A DNA stretch of 64,000 bases from Basidiobolus meristosporus CBS 931.73 (Eukaryota; Fungi; Basidiobolomycota), in NCBI GenBank assembly GCA_002104905.1, contig MCFE01000193.1:72595-136594 (forward strand), written 5' to 3'. The position numbers were made by a program, and so were the translations under genes. The notes under the pieces were generated by a model. The model had not been told where the DNA came from and ran no database searches. It saw only the letters and a program-made list of their open reading frames with translations. Below are positions 51,772 to 61,426 of this stretch, piece after piece. Position 1 is the stretch's first letter, and every line of letters starts with the position of its first letter.

Positions 51772-51933
51772 ATGGAATACGAAGGAAAGAACCCCGGAAA
51801 TGTTGAAGGAGGACTCAAGGCCGCCGCGCACAACCCCAACGTCTCAGCCGAGAAGCAACAAGAGTCACTAGAGAAGGCATCCCAGATTCATGAAGAGCGT
51901 ACCGGCAAACCGCTTGAAGGAGCAGACCATTGA
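51772..51933 (+). CDS. con-6: Con-6-like copy 12, frameshifted tail (ends KPLEGADH)
   Basis: 1-nt insertion near the 3' end. The Con-6 motif is intact. Confidence 0.75.
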   Translation: MEYEGKNPGNVEGGLKAAAHNPNVSAEKQQESLEKASQIHEERTGKPLEGADH

Positions 51934-54729
51934 AAAGGAATCCAAGCATTCCAAATAAAAAGCAGACACATTATTCAGCGTGTGCTGAAAGCACTAATTG
52001 AAGTAGTAGTTGTATCTCCACTAGAGCGCTGTTGTTGGCTTTTAACTAGTGCAGTAATTCATTTGGCCATATGCGTAGGCTATGAGTATTAATTAAGCAC
52101 AGTTTTTGGGATAAGACAGATGATGGTAGTGAAACCATATCGTCGATTATGCATCAGTAATCCTCGAAGCTACCGGAAATCAATTCGTAACCCCATCCAT
52201 TTGACCAAGTGCACTCATATGAACTTGGCTATTTGGCAGGTGACATGTAGCTTTTTGGATTGCTTGACATATGTTTTAGCATGTTAAGATACTATCATTT
52301 TGTACAAACCAAATTGATGGGTTTTCCTCATTTTTCCATTCGCACATACCTCTCATATTGGCCTTAAGGCTATGCATAGTTGAAGGAGCAGAACATCACT
52401 ACTATTGCTGCATAAATAACGATGATAATACCTTACTCCATCACCGTGGTTGATTGCACCAGATTAAGAAGTGCCAAGTTTGCGTTTCCCGAATGAAATA
52501 CGAGTGCGCTCTCCAAACTTCGATCTTTTGTCCGAGGCTTGATTCCGGGCACATTTGTCCGCCAAATAGGCATATATTACCTATGAGCAGCTTACAGTCT
52601 CTCCTTCATCCATGCCATAGCTGAAAGCTGTATGGCCCCAAGAGTACCCGGGAAAAAGTATTTTCTAAACAATACTTCACATGACATATCAAGATACCTA
52701 GTGTTGAGCACAGGCTTGTATGTGCCTACCTCAAGCGCTACCATAGTAAGTGAAAATACTCTAGGTAAAGAATTTGCAATGATTGCTAGAATTTCATTGT
52801 TGATGACTTATGGAATGCGAAACAAGGAAATCAATGGGAAAATGAAACATTCTCACAAGGTGCAGAAGATACGACAATGTAAAAACCGAAGTGTTTCTTA
52901 CAAGTATCCCTAGGGCTGCATTCCCATACTGAGGGTAACACAGGTGGTGTACACAGGCTGAAATATATGTCCATACCTTGGTCACTCCCTCTGTATATTT
53001 GTGAACTGCGCGGCGCTCAACAATGATATCATGGATTTGGACGAATCTCAACTCTGTACAACGCGTGTGCGAAAGGAACTAACGGGCCTGTTGTGGATCG
53101 CATAGGCTCTCATACAAACTCTTGGTGAATCGCACCGGATATTACCGGGTGTAACATCCACAAAACCTTGACACATGTTAAAAAGCTGGTATTTGGGTGG
53201 TTGGGAAGACAGGCCTTTATTGTGCTACCAACCACTACGGAGACTGGTGTTACTTGTTCACTGACATAGAGTGAGATGATCTTGTTGCAGGGGGCTTGCG
53301 CTAGAACATGATTGCGAGTACGATCAGTGCCAACAGCGCAAACCAATGCTGGTGTACCATACTATGCCAAGAGCGACAAAACTGCTGGCTGATTTTTTAC
53401 CATTCGTCTATACTCTGTGCCATTTGGCTCATGAAAAAGTGCAAGTGCAATGTATTCTTAAAACTGTGTGAATTCGTTTGAACGTGTTACCGCTTTGAAA
53501 ATCGTTGCTTCAAATAACCATCCAATTCTATACTTAGACAAGCCTGCTATAGTAAGATTGAAAAGGGGTTTCTACCTATTATGCTTTGGCAGGAGCCACG
53601 GGAAAATCTTGTCGGCCAGATGTCTGTATTACATCATTCAATAAGTGGAGAGGAGTACATCTTTGTGACCTACTATTTTAATCACTGGATTTTCTTCCCA
53701 AGTTGCATTTGTTGTCACTATATCAAGTGTTCTGTGTCACCTTTGAATCCAAAAGCTACCATTGAGTGACACTAGTCGTCCAGCTCCCATTATTGGAGCA
53801 AGATGTTATGCAGGCTAGATCCATGCTTTTTACCGCCTTCGCAGGATACTCTACTATAGCCAGAATAAATATTCGCCATCAATGGTAATAGCGGCTTGGA
53901 GCTCAATTAGGTGGTCTCATTAAATCGAATTGGGCTGCTGTTTGATGCAGAAGACCTGAAGAGCTTGTTACCCATTGTAACATCCGGATAACAGATAAAC
54001 ATATTAAACCTGGCTGCATATTTATGTACAACAAATTCAGATATGACAGCACTGATTGACTCGGGAAACGCTCCATTTGAAGGTATTGGCAAGCTTGCTT
54101 ACATATCGTGTGCTGAAGTAGTCAGGGTTTCGAATCAATAGATGGTGGTGAAGAGTGCCTATTACGCTAACATTCCGCATTTAGCACATATATTACCTTA
54201 GCACTAGGTACTTATTACTGGGATATTGGATTTGCATAGGTATTTAAGTCATTCAATTAAAATACGGCTACTTGAATGCGAAGACTAAGAGTTACTTGAG
54301 AATAGCACTGAACGCAACAATGGATGGTGAGAAAGTAATTCAAGTATCCTCGCTATACTAGACAAAAACGTCCAAAGTTCCTGTCTGTATAGAGCATCAG
54401 AGGCACTGCGTAAATCAACATGTCGTGAGAATAATTAGTTAATACTTATTCATGACCATACATTCCTCCTGACAAAGTCGGCCAAAAACATAGGCATTGG
54501 CTATGACAAAGTTTACGAGTGATGATCAACTAATTGTTTGGCATGCTAAAAACATTTTCATCTTCTGTTTAATTGATAGATGCCGGACCTGCAGTAGGCG
54601 ATAGGGTAGCCCTTATATTGGGAGCAAACATTGTCTATTTTTTTTTGATATAAACATCATTTTTATTGCAAAATTCTGTTCATACGAGTGTCATGGTAGT
54701 ATTGTATTGTAGAATAAAGTAGATGCTCG

Positions 54730-54951
54730 TTAACAGTCTGAAAATTCTCCAAACCCTTGGCAGCATCTGTCAAACTTTTGAACTTTGCTAGAGGAGCTCA
54801 ATGAGCATTTAGACTTGGAGTAGCTTCCACCAGATGGGCCACAACAGCTCTTTGTGTAGTCACTGCCCCCATAATAGCAGCGGCAGGTGGCAGCTTGAGC
54901 AACGGTAAGGAGAGAAAGACCAAGGAAAAGGCTGGCGAGAGTGAATTTCAT
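54730..54951 (-). CDS. Small secreted cysteine-rich peptide (73 aa, 8 Cys)
   Basis: Signal peptide MKFTLASLFLGLSLLTVAQA. Cys pattern CxC..CC..C..CC..C. Confidence 0.8.
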   Translation of the reverse strand: MKFTLASLFLGLSLLTVAQAATCRCYYGGSDYTKSCCGPSGGSYSKSKCSLSSSSKVQKFDRCCQGFGEFSDC

Positions 54952-55449
54952 CTAGAGTTCAAGTTAGCGGTGAATTTGGGAAAAAGAACTGATAAACAGT
55001 ACCTTGATTGCGGTTTTGATTAAAGTGCTGTTTGGTTCCTGCTAAGCTCGATTTTAAATACGCTAGATGGTGATTGAAAAGTAGTTTGTGTTGCAGTTCG
55101 GTAAAATTCAGCATGCAATCTACTTATTTTGTAAGATACTTGATATATAAACTTACATGTATCTAGAAAGGGTTATTGTTTCGGCACAACCGTGCGTAAC
55201 TTCGGATAAATACCTGCTGGAACTCTAATATCAGTTACTAAATCCTGTGTCACTCACCAGCATTCTGGATATTTACATAGAGTTGCGATTCCTAATCCTT
55301 GTACGCCTTTCCCCGGAATACGTATTGATGACCCGATTTGAGTGGTATGAAGATGCAGTGCTAGAGGGCTTCCGGATAAAAGTGCCCGCAGCTTCCATTC
55401 AAGAAGATATAAATACCCAAACTGAAGAGATTGTTCATCAGATATTACC

Positions 55450-56787
55450 ATGAGAGTCAAATCATCCCAAGTCTCAAGAAAGGATTTGCTTCTTGTAATC
55501 CCTGCTCTACTCCTCGCTGCTACTTCAGCAGCCGCAAAGTCTTTTCCGCTCAATGATGGAGTGAACCTTCGTGCCGGTCCAGGAACAAGCTATGCTGTGG
55601 TAGGATCCTTGAAAGCAGGAAATTACGTAGACATTGTATGTCAAGAGGCTGGTCAAGCTATTGGCGGATACAACATTTGGGACAAGCTCTCAGATGGTAA
55701 ATGGGTCTTCGATAAGTATGTCGAGACCGGAACCAAGCTTGTACCTGGAATCCCCAAATGTTCCCAGACTGGAGGAAATAGCGGCGAAAACATATTCCCC
55801 ATTAATGATAATGGTGTGAGAGTTCGCTCCGGCCCTGGTACTGGCTTTTCCCAAGTAGGAACCCTGAACAAAGGTGACCGCATAACCATCCAGTGTCAAG
55901 GTATCGGAGAGTCAGTAAACGGCTATAATGTCTGGGACAAGCTCGCCAACGGTAACTGGGTATTCGATAAATATGTGGAGACCGGAAGCAAGTTTGTATC
56001 AGGCATTCCAAAATGCGGCAATGGTAGTGGTAACGGCGACAATACCTTTCCTATCAATGATAATGGTGTGCGTGTCCGTTCAGGCCCTGGAACTAGCTAC
56101 TCCCAAGTAGGAACTCTTAACAAAGGAGATAAAGTGGCCATCCAGTGCCAAGGAACAGGTGAATCGGTGAACGGTTATAATATATGGGATAAGTTGACCA
56201 ACGGCAACTGGGTCTTCGATAAATATGTGGAAACTGGAGGCAAATATGTACCTGGAGTACCCAGGTGTGAAGGCGGGGACAGCGGAAACGGAGGAAACAC
56301 CAATAATGGTGGAAACGGTGGGTCCAATAATGGTCACATCAACCAAGCAGGATTGGATTTAGTGAAGAGCTTCGAAGGCTGGTTCCCCAATTTCTACATT
56401 GACCCTGTAGGCATCAAGACTGTAGGCTACGGGCATGCCTGCCACTCTGACCCTACTGGTTGTGCCAACATCCATCCTCCTCTCAGTGTTGCCCAAGGAG
56501 AAGATCTGCTTCGGAGAGACATGGCAGAGTTTGAGAAATGCGTTAGCGGTCAGATCTCAGTGCCCATCACCTCCAACCAATTCTCAGCGTTGGTGTCATT
56601 CTCCTTTAATGTGGGCTGTGGTGCTCTTCGTAATTCCGACATGCGCAAGTTCATTAACCAAGGGAACAACAAGTCAGCAGCGGCCGAATTTGGACTTTGG
56701 ATACATGGGGGAGGAAAGGTTCTTCCTGGATTAGTCCGTAGAAGAAAAGCTGAGCGCGATCTTTTCTGTTCTGGTATAATATGCTAA
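55450..56787 (+). CDS. Secreted lysozyme: three SH3b-like cell-wall-binding repeats plus a GH24 (phage-type) muramidase domain, intronless
   Basis: 3 repeats of V..R.GPGT....VG.L..G...WDKL..G.WVFDKYV. Catalytic E-x8-D-x5-T (FEGWFPNFYIDPVGIKTVGYGH), SFSFNVG, and C-terminal LPGLVRRRKAE. Confidence 0.92.
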   Translation: MRVKSSQVSRKDLLLVIPALLLAATSAAAKSFPLNDGVNLRAGPGTSYAVVGSLKAGNYVDIVCQEAGQAIGGYNIWDKLSDGKWVFDKYVETGTKLVPGIPKCSQTGGNSGENIFPINDNGVRVRSGPGTGFSQVGTLNKGDRITIQCQGIGESVNGYNVWDKLANGNWVFDKYVETGSKFVSGIPKCGNGSGNGDNTFPINDNGVRVRSGPGTSYSQVGTLNKGDKVAIQCQGTGESVNGYNIWDKLTNGNWVFDKYVETGGKYVPGVPRCEGGDSGNGGNTNNGGNGGSNNGHINQAGLDLVKSFEGWFPNFYIDPVGIKTVGYGHACHSDPTGCANIHPPLSVAQGEDLLRRDMAEFEKCVSGQISVPITSNQFSALVSFSFNVGCGALRNSDMRKFINQGNNKSAAAEFGLWIHGGGKVLPGLVRRRKAERDLFCSGIIC

Positions 56788-57083
56788 GGCTAATGGTCTG
56801 GATATTCGATTCGGTAGTCACATCTATTTTTCCCCAGCTATTTGAATTGCAACTTACCGGAATAAACTCTATCCATCATATTTGATCTGCCTGCAGCATG
56901 TGTGTTTTCCCATTAATTTCCTTGCTTGTTGAGAGTCAAGCCTGTATCAAAGAACTCATATTACTGATGGCTATTGACTTTACCCCTCAACTCAGATCAG
57001 TACTGGTGATCTGTACACCCGGTATTTCCACAGAGATTTAGGATCAGGGGGAGGGAAAGTTACCTGCATGGTGCCACCTTTAT

Positions 57084-58175
57084 TTAGGGGGCGACAGTCA
57101 CCAACAGGTGAAATCTTTATTTCAGTTGAAATAAAGAAGCCAGCACTACTGTTGTAGCTTTGATACAAGAGTGTGTAGCTGAGGGGAATTTGCAGGTAAG
57201 TTAATAAGAAGTGATGATAGCCCTTCAGTGCTCAAGACACTGTTCAGTGGGAAGGGGGGTAGCAAGAGAGGTAAGAATGACTTGTGAACAACATTAATGA
57301 GGGGAATGTGATAAGGATTGATATTCATCATAAAGGGAGTGTGCTGCTTCAGATATTGCTGCCAAAGGTCTGTCAAGTACTTCAGGTAGGCCAACTTGGG
57401 TTTTTATGACTGCAGAATATATTGAGCAAACTCCTTGACTTCAGGATCTCCAAGTATAGTTCTCCAGCAGGAGCCAGGTGTAGTGTGATGTGTTCTCTTC
57501 CAGGCCTTAATCAGTGGGTAGTTGCAGTGGTGAAGTCTGAGATATAATCTGGTTCTAAGCTAGAGAAGTCTGATCTTATATGGCATAAACCCAAAAGCAC
57601 CAAGAATAGCATGTCTGTAGGGGCATTCAGGCAAATTAGGTACCAAGGAGGTAATGCACCATACTGCAAACTTGTCAAGCTTAGTGCAGTCTCTAGAAGT
57701 AAGAGAGAAGTGGTAAGCCAAATTCCAGGACAGGGAAGACAAATTGCTTGAGTAGAAGCAGGCAGCTGGGAGCTGAAGTTGTAGGAGGAGTAACAGCCAG
57801 TAGCTTGTGGAGTGCCTGTCTTGCCAGGATAATTCTCTTCTTCAGGTGTGCTACAGAGTCTAGTCCAGTAGGAAGGAAAGGAAAGCCAAGATATGTAGCA
57901 GAAACCTGAGCAGGTAGAGTGGTGTTCTCCAAGTTGATGGGAGAGCCCAAAGGTACTGTCTTTGCAATGGAAAGCTGAAGATTATTCTTCTGCAGATACT
58001 GGTGGATGGTCTGGGAGTCTTGTTGCACATTGGAGGAGGATATTCTGATGTCATCAGCAAAGAGAGTAACCAGGCAGTCAGCTGAGAGTCTTGGGAAGTC
58101 AATCAGGAAGATGGCAAACAGTATAGGACCAAGCACAGAGCCTTGAACCACTCCATTAGGAACTGAGAACACAGC
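57084..58175 (-). mobile_element. Telomeric retro-unit U1: 5'-truncated, decayed LINE-type RT (family A)
   Basis: GVVQGSVLGP and FADD motifs. Frameshift near 57705 and nonsense near 57405. Shared 3' tail at 57084-57142. Confidence 0.9.
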
Positions 58176-59100
58176 TTAGGGGGGAGAGAAAGTCACCAAG
58201 GTAGGTGAAATCTTTATTTGATTGCAGACAAGTCCAACTACAAATAAAGAAGCCAGCTGGGAATAGAAGATTCCCAAAGTAAACACTAAATTGAATATGA
58301 ATAAATCTAAGTTAAAGCTAAGGCAGTATCCCAGAGTACACTGGAGTTCATGTTCATGGGGGAGTGAAGTAGATAAGCTTGAGATATATAATAATCTTTG
58401 AGGAAGTGGGTAACAGCAGGTGAAGGGGAGTTTTTGATAAGTGAAGTGAATCTTGAGAGCAGAGATTTCTCTAATGAGAAGGTCTTGTAAACTGGAGAAT
58501 CAGGAAACTCTTTAAAGGCATGGTCAGTAGGTTCCCAGTAAAACTGGTCAGAGACATTTTGAGAGAACTCTTTAGCAATACTTTTGTCAAGTACTACCTC
58601 CAAAGTGTGATTGTTGATAAATCTCATGTTAACAATCTTGGATAAATTGTAACCTTGTTGCTTGAGATACATCCTATGCTCAGATATAGGAATGAACTCC
58701 ACATTGGCAAAGTAGCAGACAGCCCAGTCAGTAGCAGGAGTCAAATCAGAAGTAGCAGGAAACTTTCTTTTAGTCTTGGGAGGAGCAGCAGGATGTCTTG
58801 AGGAAGCAGGAACAGGCTTTTTGACAGCTTCAGAGTAGGAAGAGTGAGCAGGAGCAGATGATTCTTGGGGAGTCTTGTTGACAGGAACAGCTGGCAGAGA
58901 GACAATAGATTCTTGAAGATCAGAGAAGGCAGAAAACAGCTTTTGAACTTGTTTCTTGAGTAAAGCATTTTCAGCTTCAACAAGTGCATGCCTTTCCTCA
59001 AGGAAGGAAATTTGAAGGGAATGGAGTGAAGGCATAAGAAATAAGAAGAAGAGGGTGAGATGGGGTGGGTGGGTGGGAAAATTAGCAGGGAGAAGAGAAG
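58176..59100 (-). mobile_element. Telomeric retro-unit U2: ORF1-only unit
   Basis: Has its own 3' tail motif at 58176-58256, a single ORF, and no RT sequence. Confidence 0.8.
58307..59035 (-). CDS. Putative LINE ORF1/Gag-like RNA-binding protein (242 aa)
   Basis: ATG at 59035 after a pyrimidine-rich leader. N-terminal coiled coil, P/S/A-rich linker (SYSEAVKK), then an alpha/beta segment (VCYF...L...GY....I....F.....LEV) that looks RRM-like. The ORF1 assignment is inferred. Confidence 0.65.
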   Translation of the reverse strand: MPSLHSLQISFLEERHALVEAENALLKKQVQKLFSAFSDLQESIVSLPAVPVNKTPQESSAPAHSSYSEAVKKPVPASSRHPAAPPKTKRKFPATSDLTPATDWAVCYFANVEFIPISEHRMYLKQQGYNLSKIVNMRFINNHTLEVVLDKSIAKEFSQNVSDQFYWEPTDHAFKEFPDSPVYKTFSLEKSLLSRFTSLIKNSPSPAVTHFLKDYYISQAYLLHSPMNMNSSVLWDTALALT

Positions 59101-60902
59101 GGGTTAGGGGGAGACAGTCACCAACAGGTGAAATCTTTATTTCAGTTGAAACAAAGAAGCCAGTGCTACTGTTGCAGCTTTGATACAAGAGTGTGTAGCT
59201 GAGGGGAATTTGTAGGTAAGTTAATAAGAAGTGATGATAGCTCTTCAGTGCTCAAGACACTGTTCAGTGGGAGGGGGGGTAGCAAGAGAGGTAAGAATGA
59301 CTTGTGAACAACATTAATGAGGGGAATGTGATAAGGATTGATATTCATCATAAATGGAGTGTGCTGCTGCAGATATTGCTGCCAAAGGTCTGTCAAGTAC
59401 TTCAGGTAGGCCAGCTTGGGTTTTTCTGACTGCAGAATAAAGTGAGCAAACTTCTTGACTTCAGGATCTCCAAGTATAGTTCTCCAGCAGGAGCCAGGTG
59501 TTGTGTGGTGTGTTCTCTTCCAGGCCTTAATCAGTGGGTTGTTGCAGTTGTGAAGTCTGAGGTATAATCTGGTTCTAAGGTAGAGAAGTCTGATCTTATA
59601 GGGCATAAACCCAAAAGCACCAAGAGTAGCATGTCTGTAGGGGCATTAAGGCAAATGAGGCACCAAGGAGGTAATGCACCAAACTGCAAACTTGTCAAGC
59701 TTAGTGCAGTCTCTAGAAGTAAGAGAGAGAAGTGGTAAGCCAAATTCCAGGACAGGGAAGACAAACTGCTTGAGTAGAAGGAGGCAGCTGGGAGCTGAAG
59801 TTGTAGGAGGAGTAACAGCCAACAGCTTGTGGAGTGCCTGTCTTGCAAGGATAATTCTCTTCTTCAGGTGTGCTCCAGAGTCTAGTCCAGTAGGAAGGAA
59901 AGGAAAGCCAAGATATGTAGCAGAAACCTGAGCAGGTAGAGTGGAGTTCTCCAAGTTGATGGGAGTGCCCAAAGGTACTGTCTTTGCAATGGAAAGCTGG
60001 AGATTATTCTTCTGCAGATACTGGTGGATGGTCTGGGAGTCTTGTTGCACATTAGAGGAGGATTTTCTGATGTCATCAGCAAAGAGAGTAACCAGGCAGT
60101 CAGCTGAGAGTCTTGGGAAGTCATTCAGGAAGATGGCAAACAGTATAGGACCAAGCACAGAGCCTTGAACCACTCCATTAGGAACTGAGAACACAGCTGA
60201 TTGCTCACTTGGGTGCAGAATTCTTGCTTGTGGATCCAGAAACAGAGACCTGACAAGGAGGGTGAGAGAGGTACTGGAGAAGCATTGCAACTTGGACCAA
60301 GGCAGATTTCTGTCAACTGAATCAAAGGCCTTAGTAATATCAAACAGAACAGAGGGATACTTGCACTGGAGAGAGTGATCTTGGCTAAGTATGACTGCAT
60401 ATTCCAAGGAGAGGCCAGGAACAAAGCCAAACTGTGGAGGATGAAACTTGAGGGAGTCAGAGTAGAGCTCCTGAGCAAGCAGAAGCTCAAACACCTTTCT
60501 GCAGGTGGGCAGCAGAGATATTGGTCTGTAGGAGCTAGGATCCAGGTGCTTTCCTTTACCCTTGTACAGTGGCAGAACATTTGCAAAGGACCATTTCTCA
60601 GGAGTAGAAAGCTGGGCTGAGCATTGCTGAAACAGTGGAAGCAGAAGTGCAGACATGGCCTTGGTACTAGTCTTCAGAAGCTCATAAGAGATTGTGTCCA
60701 CACCTGGAGCAGTAGAGTTGGGAAGCCTCTTGAGCACATTATGGATTCTCCTTTGATCAAGTGCAAGTGGGATGGGCAGAGTCTTGAAGTCAGGATGAAA
60801 GCCAGCAGTTGAGTACTGTTTTGTAGAGAAGAAGATGTTAGCCAGCTGTTCTGTTGAAGGTAACTTCCTGGAAGAGGGCCTCATTGCTCTGTAGAGTCTT
60901 GA
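59101..60902 (-). mobile_element. Telomeric retro-unit U3: 5'-truncated family-A RT with one nonsense codon
   Basis: Near-identical to U5. GAA to TAA at 59648-59646, with ORFs 59646-60902 and 59166-59606 in the same frame. Confidence 0.92.
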
Positions 60903-61426
60903 TAGGGGGAGGAAAGTCACCAAGTGGTGAAATCTTTATTTACTTATGACAAGTATCTAAAGAAGCCAAGTTAATCTGAAGTTATTCCTAGAAAGCTAGG
61001 TCTGAGAGATATCTTCCTGGTAAGCCAGGTCTGAGAGTTGAGAAGCCAAGTGGTACTATATTTCCTAGTTAGCTAGGTCTGAGAGTGGTTTCCTGGAAAG
61101 CCAGGCCTGAGAAGTGAGAATCTGAATATATCTGAGCTAAGTTATACTGGTTTGCGATAGCTGAATTGTGGCCGGAATGGCCAGTAGACTGGGGGAACTG
61201 AGATGTATTTCTGGGCGATCACTGGCGAAATTTACTAGGCAAATCTGGCCAATTAGCATTTCAAGGATTTCAGCCAATCAGAGCCTTTACTTTGCCCGAT
61301 GGTTGATCAAGCCATCTCCCAATGAGCACACATCAATTTATTAATCAAATTTTGCTGGATCCAGGATTTGAACCCACAACCATAAGTATGGAAGGGTTAG
61401 GGATAACCACAAGGCTAAGTGTTCTT
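60903..61426 (-). ncRNA. Telomeric retro-unit U4: non-coding, SINE-like (tRNA-type A/B boxes at the 5' end, LINE-type tail at the 3' end)
   Basis: A-box-like TAGCCTTGTGG (61417-61407) and B-box GGTTCAAATCC (61374-61364) at tRNA spacing. No T4 run on the sense strand. Shared tail at 60903-60968. Confidence 0.65.

Noticed and set aside
35340-51933. N-terminally extended Con-6 ORFs (35340, 39977, 49549, 51535)
   Set aside because: The extensions run through TATA-containing promoter sequence, differ in length between copies and are absent in most copies.
52600-54100. Possible metallopeptidase-like pseudogene
   Set aside because: Only a vague LGHSL resemblance among many stops, with no intact HExxH motif.
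58307-60923. ORF-track starts at 59188 and 60923
   Set aside because: Both are read-through across unit junctions. They translate the neighbouring unit's tail, so they are not true starts.
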